NCBI GenBank assembly: GCA_965199495.1
Contig: CBDASK010000003.1
Location: 4,192,001 to 4,256,000, forward strand
DNA length: 64,000 nt
Reading direction: 5' to 3'
Origin: Abditibacterium sp.
GTDB taxonomy: Bacteria; Armatimonadota; Abditibacteriia; Abditibacteriales; Abditibacteriaceae
In this document: one piece after another, positions 49,919 to 59,259 of the stretch
Layout of the letters: the number at the start of each line of letters is the position of its first letter
Position numbering within the stretch: the stretch's first letter is position 1
Translations under genes and position numbers: made by a program
The notes under the pieces: model-generated
Told to the model about the DNA's origin: nothing
The model's input: the letters and a program-made list of their open reading frames with translations, nothing else
The model's database searches: none

Positions 49919-51982
49919 TTAGTCGGCGGCGGCAATCAGGGCGGAATCGTCCATCTCGGCAAAGCGGCGCTCTGCCTCGGCGAGTTCGAGTTCCGCCAGT
50001 TCGTCGGCGAGAGATTTCATCTCGGCGGGCGCGTCGGCTTCGGTTCGCACCGTGTCGGGTGCGGTCGCGTCATCGAGGGCGTGCGTTTCGAGCAGATCGG
50101 CCATTTCGTCTTCCAACTCCTTCAAGCGAGAGTGGTAGGTCGTCAGGCGTTCCACGTTCAATTTGCTCAAGACCCGTCCGGCTTTGCGCGAGCCAGCGCG
50201 CAGTTCGATCAGGTCTTCGACACGCTCTTGATACTCTCCGATGGCCGCCACGATCTTCTCGGAGTGGGAACCAAAGGTGGTGTGTTGGAACTCGGTGCCC
50301 AAAGTCGCCGCTTCGTTACGTAACGATTTCGCGGCCTCTTCGGGCGTCTCGTCGGCGCGCATCTCCAAAACGAAATCAACCATCTTGGAAACCATCGCCG
50401 TGAAGCCCTGCAAGTTGGCTTGCAAGAAAGCGAGGCGCTCTTCTTTGGTCGGCGGCACGAGCGTGGTCAGGCCCAACTGCTGCGATTCCGTCGTCGGATC
50501 AAGCACCGACGGCAGCACGCTATAACAAAGTTGATCCATCGCATCGCGCAGGGCACCACCGAGCATCATCTGGCCATCGAACTGCCATCGCTGTTCGGCG
50601 GCGGGGTTGAGAAAAGCCTTGGTTTCGTCTTTGGCGTCCTCTTCATCGCTTTGGGCGAGGTAGACCTTGATTTCGTCAACGCGCTCGTCGGTCGGAATAT
50701 CGTCCCACGATTTGTGACTGCCCAGCAACGCAGATCGGAACTTACCATCATTCTTGGCGCCTTTTCCATCACGGTTGATGATGGTATGCACCTCGCCGAC
50801 ACTGCCTTCCGATTTGTTGATCGCGTTCAGCACCTTCGACATATCCACGATGTTGGCGATGTAACCCTTTTTGACGGCCTCGGTCACGACGTTGGAGATC
50901 ACGCTGTTCTCGTTGTGACCGGCTTGCTTGAGCAGCGACGAAGTGTCCTTTTTGCTTAGCGGCTTCTCGGCATCGCTGGATTTGGGCTTCTCGCCCTTTT
51001 CGTTTTTGCCCTTGCCCTTGTCTGTGGGTTTGTCCGCAAAGCTGGAGAATTTGCCATCGCCGCTACCGTGTTCGTTGATATGTTTGCTCAACTTCTTTTC
51101 GTCGTGACTATCATTGGCGCTGTTGGAAAGCACGTTGTGGAGATCGGCCACCGAGTTAATGTGGCCTTTCTCATACGCTTCCGTCACCACGCTCATCGCC
51201 ACACTATTGGGCTTCACTCCATATTGCTTGGCAATCGCCTCTACTCGTTCAGGCTTGAGTTTTGACGGAGCCTTTGCTCCTGAGCCGGACGACGAACCGC
51301 CCGAACCCCCGGATGAACCGCCAGAGCCGAACTTACCATCGTCGGCGCGCGGGTGCTTCGATTCTTCCCAGTCGGCTTTGGTTTCTTCGCTCTCGTCTTC
51401 CCTGGGCGTCAGGTCGCTCAGCACGCGAACGGCCTTGGCGTAGGAGACGTTGCCCAACCAGTCTTCGGGAACGCTTTTGGCTTCCTCCAGACTGCGAATT
51501 CCGGTCATGCGGAACTCGGCGGGCGTGGGCGTGAACGAAAACTCGAAGATCGGCCACTGGATGATTTCGCCGCACTTCACACCGTCGCGGCGCTTGACCG
51601 CGCGCGTGATCGCGCCGCTCGACCAACTCAGCGCCTCTTCCTCGGTCAACTCATATATTTTGCGCTCGTAGGCGTTGCGCCGGTCGAGGATCGTCGCCAC
51701 CAGCAAACCGTGTTCGTCTGGATGCGCTTTCACCGTCGGCGGCAGCAGAATACCCGAATACGATTTGAGTGCGGGCGTGAGCGGGATCGCATGGTGAAGC
51801 AGGCAATTGACGCCGACGCCACGACTCGCGCCCAGATTGGTATCGGGCGTGAACCAGTCGCCGCCCAGATCGGTGTTCTGCGCGTCGCCCCATAGCAATC
51901 CGTAATCGCCGACAGTCACAAAGTCGCCGTTGGTTTCGAGCGATTTGAGTGAGCCACCAGTGTTGATGAGAAGTTCGTTCAT
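49919..51982 (-). CDS. Prohead protease with inserted HPR-motif cargo domain and scaffold-like C-terminus
   Basis: DLGGDWFT, LLHH, LSWSSGA, WPIFEFSFTPTPAE; internal WEESKHPRADDGKF. Confidence 0.8.
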   Translation of the reverse strand: MNELLINTGGSLKSLETNGDFVTVGDYGLLWGDAQNTDLGGDWFTPDTNLGASRGVGVNCLLHHAIPLTPALKSYSGILLPPTVKAHPDEHGLLVATILDRRNAYERKIYELTEEEALSWSSGAITRAVKRRDGVKCGEIIQWPIFEFSFTPTPAEFRMTGIRSLEEAKSVPEDWLGNVSYAKAVRVLSDLTPREDESEETKADWEESKHPRADDGKFGSGGSSGGSGGSSSGSGAKAPSKLKPERVEAIAKQYGVKPNSVAMSVVTEAYEKGHINSVADLHNVLSNSANDSHDEKKLSKHINEHGSGDGKFSSFADKPTDKGKGKNEKGEKPKSSDAEKPLSKKDTSSLLKQAGHNENSVISNVVTEAVKKGYIANIVDMSKVLNAINKSEGSVGEVHTIINRDGKGAKNDGKFRSALLGSHKSWDDIPTDERVDEIKVYLAQSDEEDAKDETKAFLNPAAEQRWQFDGQMMLGGALRDAMDQLCYSVLPSVLDPTTESQQLGLTTLVPPTKEERLAFLQANLQGFTAMVSKMVDFVLEMRADETPEEAAKSLRNEAATLGTEFQHTTFGSHSEKIVAAIGEYQERVEDLIELRAGSRKAGRVLSKLNVERLTTYHSRLKELEDEMADLLETHALDDATAPDTVRTEADAPAEMKSLADELAELELAEAERRFAEMDDSALIAAAD

Positions 51983-52170
51983 AGGAACCGATTTCGGTAA
52001 ACCGCGTGACAAACGCAAAAACGCCAGCCTCGCAAAAATGGAGGCTGACGTTCGGGACGTTCGGCTCTATGAAGAAAAGCGCATCACGCGAATTCGCGGG
52101 CGTTCAAGGACGCTCAGGATGAGCGCGCATTTCGTTACGTAACTAATTGTAAGCGCCCGCGCGGGCCGTG

Positions 52171-52425
52171 TCAACTCCCTAAAGCCACGATCACTTTCGT
52201 CAATGCGTCCGCCGTTTCAGAAAACGCGCGCCACTTACCGTCACGATAACCGATTTCGTATTCCATCGTGATCCGTTCGGACTCGCTCATGGAATCCGTG
52301 ATTTCATCGCGCAGGGATTGCGCGCTTTCCAGCGCATGATTGGCGGATGCAGTGAAGACAGCGACCTGCGTTTTGAGAAGCTCGATTTCAACAGCGCTCA
52401 CCTGGGTTCTCCCTTGACATTGCAT
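52171..52425 (-). CDS. Small hypothetical protein
   Basis: ORF in the chain of small head-module genes. Confidence 0.45.
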   Translation of the reverse strand: MQCQGRTQVSAVEIELLKTQVAVFTASANHALESAQSLRDEITDSMSESERITMEYEIGYRDGKWRAFSETADALTKVIVALGS

Positions 52426-52712
52426 TTGACGAAGCGGCCATCATAAAACTCCGATGCTGGCCTCACCCAGACGATCCCGTCGAGATTAGATTTATAAATC
52501 ACGACCTTTTGTAAATCCGCTTCTACTTGACCTTCCGCGATGACGCTATAAATGCCTCCGCTCTTGGTGTGCCGATAAAAATCATAGTCCAGTTCGTCAC
52601 GGAGGAATTTGCCAATTGACCAAAGGGGAGCCATTAGCAAAAAACGAGCAGAGTTCCGCAATCGAAGAGAAACTTCCGCAAAAATTGAATCACTTTCAAC
52701 GGCTTGCTCCAA
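52398..52712 (-). CDS. DUF1653-like protein
   Basis: YRHTKSGGIYSVI..VVIYKS..VWVRPASEF..RF. Confidence 0.75.
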   Translation of the reverse strand: MEQAVESDSIFAEVSLRLRNSARFLLMAPLWSIGKFLRDELDYDFYRHTKSGGIYSVIAEGQVEADLQKVVIYKSNLDGIVWVRPASEFYDGRFVKCNVKGEPR

Positions 52713-52893
52713 CGTTTGTGCTTAGATGAGCGCGCAGACGCTTTTCGCGCTCGCAGTTCACGTCCACGACCGTCGTCAGGTCGCGCCGCCGAATGCGAAT
52801 GGCTCCCGTCACCAGTGAAAGCTCGAAGAGCAAGCGTCCGTTAGCGTCGTGAATAGGTTCCCATTCTTTGGGGAGCATTTGGGTTTGATTCAT
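52696..52893 (-). CDS. Small hypothetical protein
   Basis: ATG 5 nt after the SMI1 gene stop. Confidence 0.5.
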   Translation of the reverse strand: MNQTQMLPKEWEPIHDANGRLLFELSLVTGAIRIRRRDLTTVVDVNCEREKRLRAHLSTNVGASR

Positions 52894-52897
52894 AGGC

Positions 52898-53377
52898 TTA
52901 TTCTTCGTCCTCTGCTTCCCAACTTTCAAGCCATTCGCTCAAATTGTCAGCGATGACGGCCAGATCGGAAACTTTCGCGTTTTCGGGCGCGGTCTCGTGA
53001 TCCCAGAACAGTATCGCACCACTCCCAGCGTCGAGACAGGCGAAGTTACCGCCCGCATCAATGGCGAGCGGCACACAGCCTTTGGGCAAGCGGTCGCCCA
53101 GCAACCCGACGGTCGTTTCGACATCGTAAGCGCCACCGACAAAACCAAGCGTGGCCGTCAGTTCGGTTTGGCCCTCGTCAACGGGGAACGTGACTTCGCT
53201 CCATCCGTGGCCACCGCACACGCGCAGAAAATCGCGAACCTCGGTGGCCAACTCGCCATTGATCTGTTCGTCGAGTCGGTCACAGGCCGCATCGAAATCG
53301 TCGCCCTTTGGTTGCGGTTTGCCAAGTTTGTAGGCACCATATTTTTCGAGCAGGGCGGAGAAACCTTCGGAGTTCAT
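52898..53377 (-). CDS. SMI1/KNR4 (SUKH) immunity protein
   Basis: LATEVRDFLRVCGG, LPKGCVPLAIDAGGNFACL, ILFWDHE, IADNLSEWL. Confidence 0.88.
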   Translation of the reverse strand: MNSEGFSALLEKYGAYKLGKPQPKGDDFDAACDRLDEQINGELATEVRDFLRVCGGHGWSEVTFPVDEGQTELTATLGFVGGAYDVETTVGLLGDRLPKGCVPLAIDAGGNFACLDAGSGAILFWDHETAPENAKVSDLAVIADNLSEWLESWEAEDEE

Positions 53378-53395
53378 AGAGAATAAAAGTATCGG

Positions 53396-53884
53396 TTATT
53401 TGGAAGCGCACAGACTGTGCCCACCGGTGTGGTGCGCGGCGTTGTGGATAATGGTCGGCACCAAGATCATCTTCTGGCGATTGCAATCTTCGAGATGATG
53501 CCAGGTCAACTCTTTCTCGGTGCGCAACCGTTTGACGCGCGCGACATCGGGCTTGCCGTTCTTCTTTTTCCAACCCAGCTTCTCGGCATAGGCCGCGTCG
53601 GCTTCTTTAAAATCTTCGTTGCGGTCGCCATGAAATTCAAGGTAAATGCGGCTCGAAATCGGGCGCCCTCTCTCTCCCCGCTCGCGCGCGATGAACGGCT
53701 CCAATCGAGGGAAACCGCGCCTATACTGCACGCCGCGTTGCCCAGTCGCTTCAAGCGCTGTTCGCACGGAATCGGCTCCGAACAAGCCATCGGGCGGGCG
53801 CCACAGCGAGTTGCCGCGCTCGCCCTCGAACCCCTCGCGCGGCATCTGGTGCCCGCTTACGACTTTGTAAGAGAGTTTTTTTTT
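53396..53884 (-). CDS. HNH/EndoVII-fold nuclease toxin (WHH type)
   Basis: GFEGERGNS, GVQYRRGFP, LTWHH..MILVP..IH..AHHTGG; frame open back to the A9 run at 53876-53884. Confidence 0.85.
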   Translation of the reverse strand, partial: KKKLSYKVVSGHQMPREGFEGERGNSLWRPPDGLFGADSVRTALEATGQRGVQYRRGFPRLEPFIARERGERGRPISSRIYLEFHGDRNEDFKEADAAYAEKLGWKKKNGKPDVARVKRLRTEKELTWHHLEDCNRQKMILVPTIIHNAAHHTGGHSLCASK

Positions 53885-54096
53885 GCTCCAGAGCCAAACT
53901 CGCCGTTGTCGGCGCGCGGATGATCGTCTTCGTGCCAGTCGGCTTTGATTTCGTCTTCGTCATCAACGCAAACGCAGTCGGCATATTCTATCCAATCTTC
54001 GCGCGTGAGCGGAGGCTCTTTACAAGGCGTAACGTTGAGAGTTTCACCTTTCCATTTGAAAGCGCCTATGGGTGGATTCGCAGTGACTTGATTCAT
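53857..54096 (-). CDS. HPR-motif leader peptide of the toxin
   Basis: EIKADWHEDDHPRADNGEFGSG followed by A AAA AAC. Confidence 0.7.
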   Translation of the reverse strand: MNQVTANPPIGAFKWKGETLNVTPCKEPPLTREDWIEYADCVCVDDEDEIKADWHEDDHPRADNGEFGSGAKKNSLTKS

Positions 54097-54140
54097 AGTT
54101 TTTCTCTCTTAAGTTTACCAGAAATCACGGTGAATTGCCT

Positions 54141-56408
54141 CTATTTCGGAGCAATCCACCCGTGTCGTTCGAACAATTCGTCCAAGGCTTTGGCGATGGG
54201 TTCAAACTCGTCGGGATCCCAAAATTCGGGGTAGTGCAAATCGTGTTTAGTCAAACCCCCAAAGGCAGTTCTTTGACTAAAGGACATATGATGCGCCAAC
54301 TGTTTTCGTAAAGTAGGGCTGCCGCTTCGGGTAACGATGTATTGAGTATAGGCGCGGGCAAAAACTTCTTCCGGCGCCAGCAAATAGGCCACATGCTTTC
54401 TGTCGATTTGGTATTCAACCTCGATGGGATCGTGCCGTGTCAACCCCTTTTCTGTCAAAGTTTTGGCTTCTTTAATTTCCATTAAAAATTGAAATGCGCG
54501 AGTGCTGGTTACCGCCGCGTGGAACTGCGTCCACTGCTCGTCATATTCTTGCTGCTCGTCCCCACTCCAATCCAGATGAAGTCTGTGAGTCGAAAAAACT
54601 TCACGCGCCTCCTTGTCTTCGCCCATCCCTTTATGATCCAAAAAATGACCTATCTCGTGAATCACTGTCAGATACGGCGTTGGATTCCTCGGAGTGACAC
54701 TAAGAGAAAGAGTCTCACCCTTTGGAGAATATTCGTATTTACCCTGTTCACCTCTTTCTTCTGCGGGTTTGCGGGAAAGAGGAACGGTTGGTAGCTCTCC
54801 ATCTCCATGCAATTTGTCGATGACTTTGAGAATAGGCGCCAAATTTTTAGCGTTGGCTTGCAGTTGCAACCCTTTGCTGACAGAACGACCTTGGGGCGTG
54901 AATGGATGGGGTGTGGCCCGAACGAGCGTGCTGACCAAACCGGGCGTGATTTCGTTCCACGAAACTGTGGGTTTGTTTATGCTGGAAGATAAACTCCCAT
55001 CTCCGAATTGCCCGTTGTCAGCGCGTGGGTGTTTGACTTCGTCCCAATTAGCATCAGCAGATTTGGCTTCGTTTTCCTCAACAGATTCTTCTTCTGCTTC
55101 TGCTTCCTCCAACGCGGGCAACTTCGCTTTCTCGCGCGCCTCGTTGGGCTGCATCCAGCCGCCTGCAACGGCTTTGGTCACGCGGTCATAAAGCGCGCCT
55201 TCATCGTCTTGCAGCGCCGCGATCTGTGAGCGGTCAAAGCCGATGCGCCATTCCGATTTGTCCATTCCGAAGAGCGGGAACAGTTGCGCTTCGAGTTCGC
55301 CGCCTTTGCGGTTTTGCAGGGGAATAATGTTGCGTTGCCAGAAATCATCGATGGCCTCGCCGTAGTTGGCGTAAGTCTTGGTGCCGTCGCCCGCCGAGAA
55401 TCCCAGAACCATCGGCGGCGTTTTGATGGCCGCGCAGATGCGCGCTTCATAATGCGCGGGCAACTTATCCAGCGCTAACTCATCGGGCGAAAAGCTGATT
55501 TTATGAAAGTCCACTGGCAGGTTCGATCCAGCCACGCGCCCGGCGCCCTCGCGCCGCAGTCGCCGTTCCGTCTGCGAGAGAACCGTTTCCATCTCTCGCG
55601 TCGTGAGGGTCGCGCCCTCTTTGGCCGTGAGGAAGAACGAGGCGCCCGCGCCATTTTTGAGAACGGCTGTTTGATAAGTCGCGGCGATGTTGTCGCCCGC
55701 GATTTCACGATAGACGCTGAGGAGCGGCGATTCGCCAAAACGCGGGTTGCGCCGGTTCAAACGATAGCGAAAATGCAGCGCGTGATCGACGCGCGCATTC
55801 CTCATCGGGTCGTCGGGATTGCCATAGAGCGCCGAAGCCGCGAGCGGGTAGGGCCGACCATCCACGAAGATGCGGTAGGAGCCGATGAAGTGATGCAGAT
55901 CGAAGACCGGCGCGATCAGGCTTTCGTGCCACAGTTCGACCGGCTGGGTGCGCGCGCGATTCCAGACCGCGCGCATATAGCCGTTGCCGGTAATCAGTTC
56001 ACCCGCGATCTCGGCTTCCCACAACTGGTCACGGCCATAGTGCGGGTTGGGATTGTGCAGCAGTTCGATCAACGGGTGCATCTCGACGCGGTTCCAGTTG
56101 TCGCCCGAACGTTGCTCCAAAACAAACGGCGCCGCGCAGAACGCTTCGGCGATGGCCGACACTGCCGCGCTCACCACGCCGTTGAGTGAAACTTCGCCCA
56201 CATCCGAGGAATAATCGTCGCGGCTGCCCGCAGCGTCTGACGCGCCAAAATCGGCGTTGCCCGATACCGCGCCCGCCGGCAAATAGCCCGACGCCGAAGA
56301 CGAACCGGATAAACCGGTGCCCCAGTTGGAAAACGGCGTGGTGCCCGACGGCGCAAGCGATGCCGCCACGGCTTTAACGCCCGCACCGACCGATTCAAAA
56401 AGGTTCAT
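54141..56408 (-). CDS. Phage portal protein with C-terminal zincin-like extension
   Basis: LLHNPNP, ITGNGY, FGESPL, ICAAIKTPPMVLG, TYANY, MQPNEAREK; then WDEVKHPRADNGQF, HEIGH and EEVFAR. Confidence 0.92.
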   Translation of the reverse strand: MNLFESVGAGVKAVAASLAPSGTTPFSNWGTGLSGSSSASGYLPAGAVSGNADFGASDAAGSRDDYSSDVGEVSLNGVVSAAVSAIAEAFCAAPFVLEQRSGDNWNRVEMHPLIELLHNPNPHYGRDQLWEAEIAGELITGNGYMRAVWNRARTQPVELWHESLIAPVFDLHHFIGSYRIFVDGRPYPLAASALYGNPDDPMRNARVDHALHFRYRLNRRNPRFGESPLLSVYREIAGDNIAATYQTAVLKNGAGASFFLTAKEGATLTTREMETVLSQTERRLRREGAGRVAGSNLPVDFHKISFSPDELALDKLPAHYEARICAAIKTPPMVLGFSAGDGTKTYANYGEAIDDFWQRNIIPLQNRKGGELEAQLFPLFGMDKSEWRIGFDRSQIAALQDDEGALYDRVTKAVAGGWMQPNEAREKAKLPALEEAEAEEESVEENEAKSADANWDEVKHPRADNGQFGDGSLSSSINKPTVSWNEITPGLVSTLVRATPHPFTPQGRSVSKGLQLQANAKNLAPILKVIDKLHGDGELPTVPLSRKPAEERGEQGKYEYSPKGETLSLSVTPRNPTPYLTVIHEIGHFLDHKGMGEDKEAREVFSTHRLHLDWSGDEQQEYDEQWTQFHAAVTSTRAFQFLMEIKEAKTLTEKGLTRHDPIEVEYQIDRKHVAYLLAPEEVFARAYTQYIVTRSGSPTLRKQLAHHMSFSQRTAFGGLTKHDLHYPEFWDPDEFEPIAKALDELFERHGWIAPK

Positions 56409-56890
56409 TGGGTTTCTCCCTCGAATAACGGAGGCTCGCCCGAATCGGTCGCGCTCAGCAAGTTGGCAAAGTCGAGGCGCGCCAACAGTTCGCGCGCGGC
56501 GCCGTTTTGCGCCCGCACGACGCCATCTGGGAGCGTGTCGTAGATCATCAAATTCAAAACTCCGCCCGCTTGAAGCAATCGCGGAATGGGTTCCAGTGAA
56601 ATGCCGCGCAGTGAAAATCCTTTTTGCGCGACCTCTTGCCGCGTCTCCATGTGCAGCTTCAATTTTTCGTAGAAGCGCGCGCAGAGCGCGAACTGCGGCA
56701 CGCCTTTTTCCTCCAAAATCGGTTCGTGCGCGCTTCCGCCACGAACTTGCTGGTGCAATCGCTTAAGAGCACCATCCACGCCGCCGCCCGCGCCACTGAT
56801 GCCGCGCGATGAGGGCGACTGCGAACCGGACTGGGCCACAGCGCGGCTGAGCCAGTCGTCGAACTCGTCTTCGGGGAAAACTGTTGACAT
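56405..56890 (-). CDS. Hypothetical protein
   Basis: Stop overlaps the portal start (ATGA). Confidence 0.55.
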   Translation of the reverse strand: MSTVFPEDEFDDWLSRAVAQSGSQSPSSRGISGAGGGVDGALKRLHQQVRGGSAHEPILEEKGVPQFALCARFYEKLKLHMETRQEVAQKGFSLRGISLEPIPRLLQAGGVLNLMIYDTLPDGVVRAQNGAARELLARLDFANLLSATDSGEPPLFEGETQ

Positions 56891-56892
56891 CG

Positions 56893-57075
56893 TTAAAATC
56901 CTCCCAGCATCCAGTGCCACGCGCGCGCCATGACGCCGACGTTCGCGCACCAGAGCGCCACAGCGAGAGGGACGAAAACGACGAAAAGCACGCACGCGCC
57001 CGCGCCCACCCATTTGTTTGAGATTTCAATATCATCGGGCGTGATGCTGACGTTCTCTTTGATTTTATCGCTCAT
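56893..57075 (-). CDS. Small membrane protein
   Basis: One hydrophobic helix. Confidence 0.5.
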   Translation of the reverse strand: MSDKIKENVSITPDDIEISNKWVGAGACVLFVVFVPLAVALWCANVGVMARAWHWMLGGF

Positions 57076-57925
57076 TTTCGACCTCACTCTCCATTTCAAT
57101 TAATTCAATCGGACTTTTGACAACGCAACCGCTCGCGTTTTTGTGTCCGCCGCCACCGTGCAATTTGGCTATCACGCTCACATCGAAGTTACCGACGCTA
57201 CGAAAGTTATAGCGAAAGCCGCCGTCCACTGGCTCGACGTTGAACGCGAAATTAATCTCAGGATGTTGCTGGCAGATCAGGCTCAATGCGTCACTCACCA
57301 GCGCGCCCTGACTCGTCCAAATCGCGCCCGCTTTGTAGCCGTCCATTTCAACGATCTGCGCGCCCGCTGCAATTTCGGCGACGTCCGCATTGCGTTGCTC
57401 CAGCAACGGCGAACCAACGGCAAACATGAATCCGACATAATCTTCGAGGTTACACAGCGCACTGTAAATCTCAAAGTTCTGTGGGAACAGCGCAAGCGCC
57501 AAATGAATGGCCTCCGTGCCGGGCAGTTCCTTGCGCCACAAATCGCGGTCTGCGACGTAATCGATGAGCGCGGGGCGCTTTTGATGAGGGCGAAACTCAT
57601 CCCACGCCATCTGCGCGCCACTGCGGTTCATGTCGAAATAGGCGTAAGGCAATCCTTTCAATTCCGCCTCTGCCGTTTTGTGATGGTCGAGCACGAGCAA
57701 ACTCGCGCGCTCCGCCCACGTTTCGAGCGTCTCACGCGAGTAACTAAAATCAAGCAAGAAAACTCTGTCGCCGTCATTGATCTGCGGCGGCTCCCGCCCA
57801 TAAACGACTGGAATATAATCGGCAGTGTCGCCGAACTCAAGCCACGCGCACCACGCGGCTGCAAAACCGTCAGCGCAATGTCTGGTGCCGTCTATTGAGT
57901 GGAAGAGAATCTTGATCTTGTTCAT
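57065..57925 (-). CDS. DHH/DHHA1 phosphoesterase
   Basis: CADGF, LDFS, LDHHKTA, DRDLW, GGGGHKNASG. Confidence 0.9.
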   Translation of the reverse strand: MNKIKILFHSIDGTRHCADGFAAAWCAWLEFGDTADYIPVVYGREPPQINDGDRVFLLDFSYSRETLETWAERASLLVLDHHKTAEAELKGLPYAYFDMNRSGAQMAWDEFRPHQKRPALIDYVADRDLWRKELPGTEAIHLALALFPQNFEIYSALCNLEDYVGFMFAVGSPLLEQRNADVAEIAAGAQIVEMDGYKAGAIWTSQGALVSDALSLICQQHPEINFAFNVEPVDGGFRYNFRSVGNFDVSVIAKLHGGGGHKNASGCVVKSPIELIEMESEVENER

Positions 57926-57930
57926 CGGCC

Positions 57931-58143
57931 TTATTTAGAGTTGTCTTTGGCTTCAATCAACGTGCCACAACCCGGCGTCGCGCAGTAAAAGCACGTCGCG
58001 CCCTGAGGAGACAGCGCAGCAGATGCGGGACGGTCGGTCGCGCGCAATTTGAACTGCGCGCTGCATTTCGGGCACTCGATGGTTTGCCCGACCCAGAACG
58101 GTTTTTTGGGCGCGTTCAAATCGCCCTTTTTGATGGTTTCCAT
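57931..58143 (-). CDS. Small zinc-finger protein
   Basis: CPKC and CATPGC. Confidence 0.55.
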   Translation of the reverse strand: METIKKGDLNAPKKPFWVGQTIECPKCSAQFKLRATDRPASAALSPQGATCFYCATPGCGTLIEAKDNSK

Positions 58144-58594
58144 TATTGGTTTTCCTCCTTTTTTCCACGCGCGAGCAATTGATGACGACGCACGTTGCGC
58201 GCCCTATCGTCATCGCATCTCGATAATTCTTCATGCGCGTAGGCAAGTGACGTGCTCATTCGATAGCATGAATCGAAGTAGGTATGCCACTTCACAAATG
58301 GCGCATTACAAAAGAAAAACGGCGTGTAAAGTATCCAATGCTTTGCGCAAGACAGAAAGTATTTCATAACGAAATTATTCGCCTTTGTGCGGCGACGCAA
58401 GTGGTGGCGCTGGTGGCGCTACTGGTCGGCGCGGCAAAATGCCGCCTTTGGGCACGTTCCAACCGAGCGCGCGTAGTCGCCGCCAATCGCCAATGAACGC
58501 GCGGCCCTCTCGCTCCGCTCGACGTTTCGCCCGCGCGTCTTCGCGACGTTCGCGCTCTTTTCGCCGTTTGCGCCATGAGAAAAAGTGCAACACG

Positions 58595-59254
58595 TTAATC
58601 GTTTACCGGCTCCCACTGCAATGTGTCGGTGTCCAGAACAGCGCTTTCCAAAATATCGAGGCACCGAAAATGAGTCCCGCTCACTTTGCCCTGCCACGCT
58701 TGGTGATGGTGGCCAAACACCCATAATTCCGGCGTATGCTCTTCGAGCATCAGTGCCATCGCTTGCGTAGTGCGGGTCAAGATCGTTCGCTTCGAGAGTT
58801 TAGAACTATCGGGCATCGCCTCGAAGACTGCGGGCGGGCAATCGTGACTTATTACCAGTCGCGGTTTGACCTCCAAATACAGATCATAGGCGTCCTGCAA
58901 TTGGGCGAGGCTCAATTGTTCCTCTCGCCACCAATCCACACCTTCAGTTCGCCAAGGCCGATCAATGCTCCACGCCCCGCTTAGGAAAAACGCGTCTGCT
59001 TCGGGCCAGTATCCGAAATCGCCCAAATAACCGGGAAGAGCATGAGCCAACGAAGGATTATCGTGATTACCGCGCAAAAACTGCATATGTGTCGGCAATT
59101 CGGATTCTTCGATACCACGAAAACCCAAGCCTAAATCGCCGACCTGAACCACGCGGTGTCCAGCAGAAGCGCCGCCCGCGTGTTTCGAGTTTGCGCACAG
59201 CGCGTCCAATTCTTGAAGGCGTCCGTGAACGTCGCCGATGAGTAGCAGTTTCAT
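58595..59254 (-). CDS. Calcineurin-like metallophosphoesterase
   Basis: GDVHG, VGDLG, GNHD, SHDCP, FGHHH. Confidence 0.9.
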   Translation of the reverse strand: MKLLLIGDVHGRLQELDALCANSKHAGGASAGHRVVQVGDLGLGFRGIEESELPTHMQFLRGNHDNPSLAHALPGYLGDFGYWPEADAFFLSGAWSIDRPWRTEGVDWWREEQLSLAQLQDAYDLYLEVKPRLVISHDCPPAVFEAMPDSSKLSKRTILTRTTQAMALMLEEHTPELWVFGHHHQAWQGKVSGTHFRCLDILESAVLDTDTLQWEPVND

Positions 59255-59259
59255 GTTGA

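Noticed and set aside
58143..58593. Small ORFs between the zinc-finger and phosphoesterase genes
   Set aside because: Several competing frames with no motif; the real gene could not be chosen
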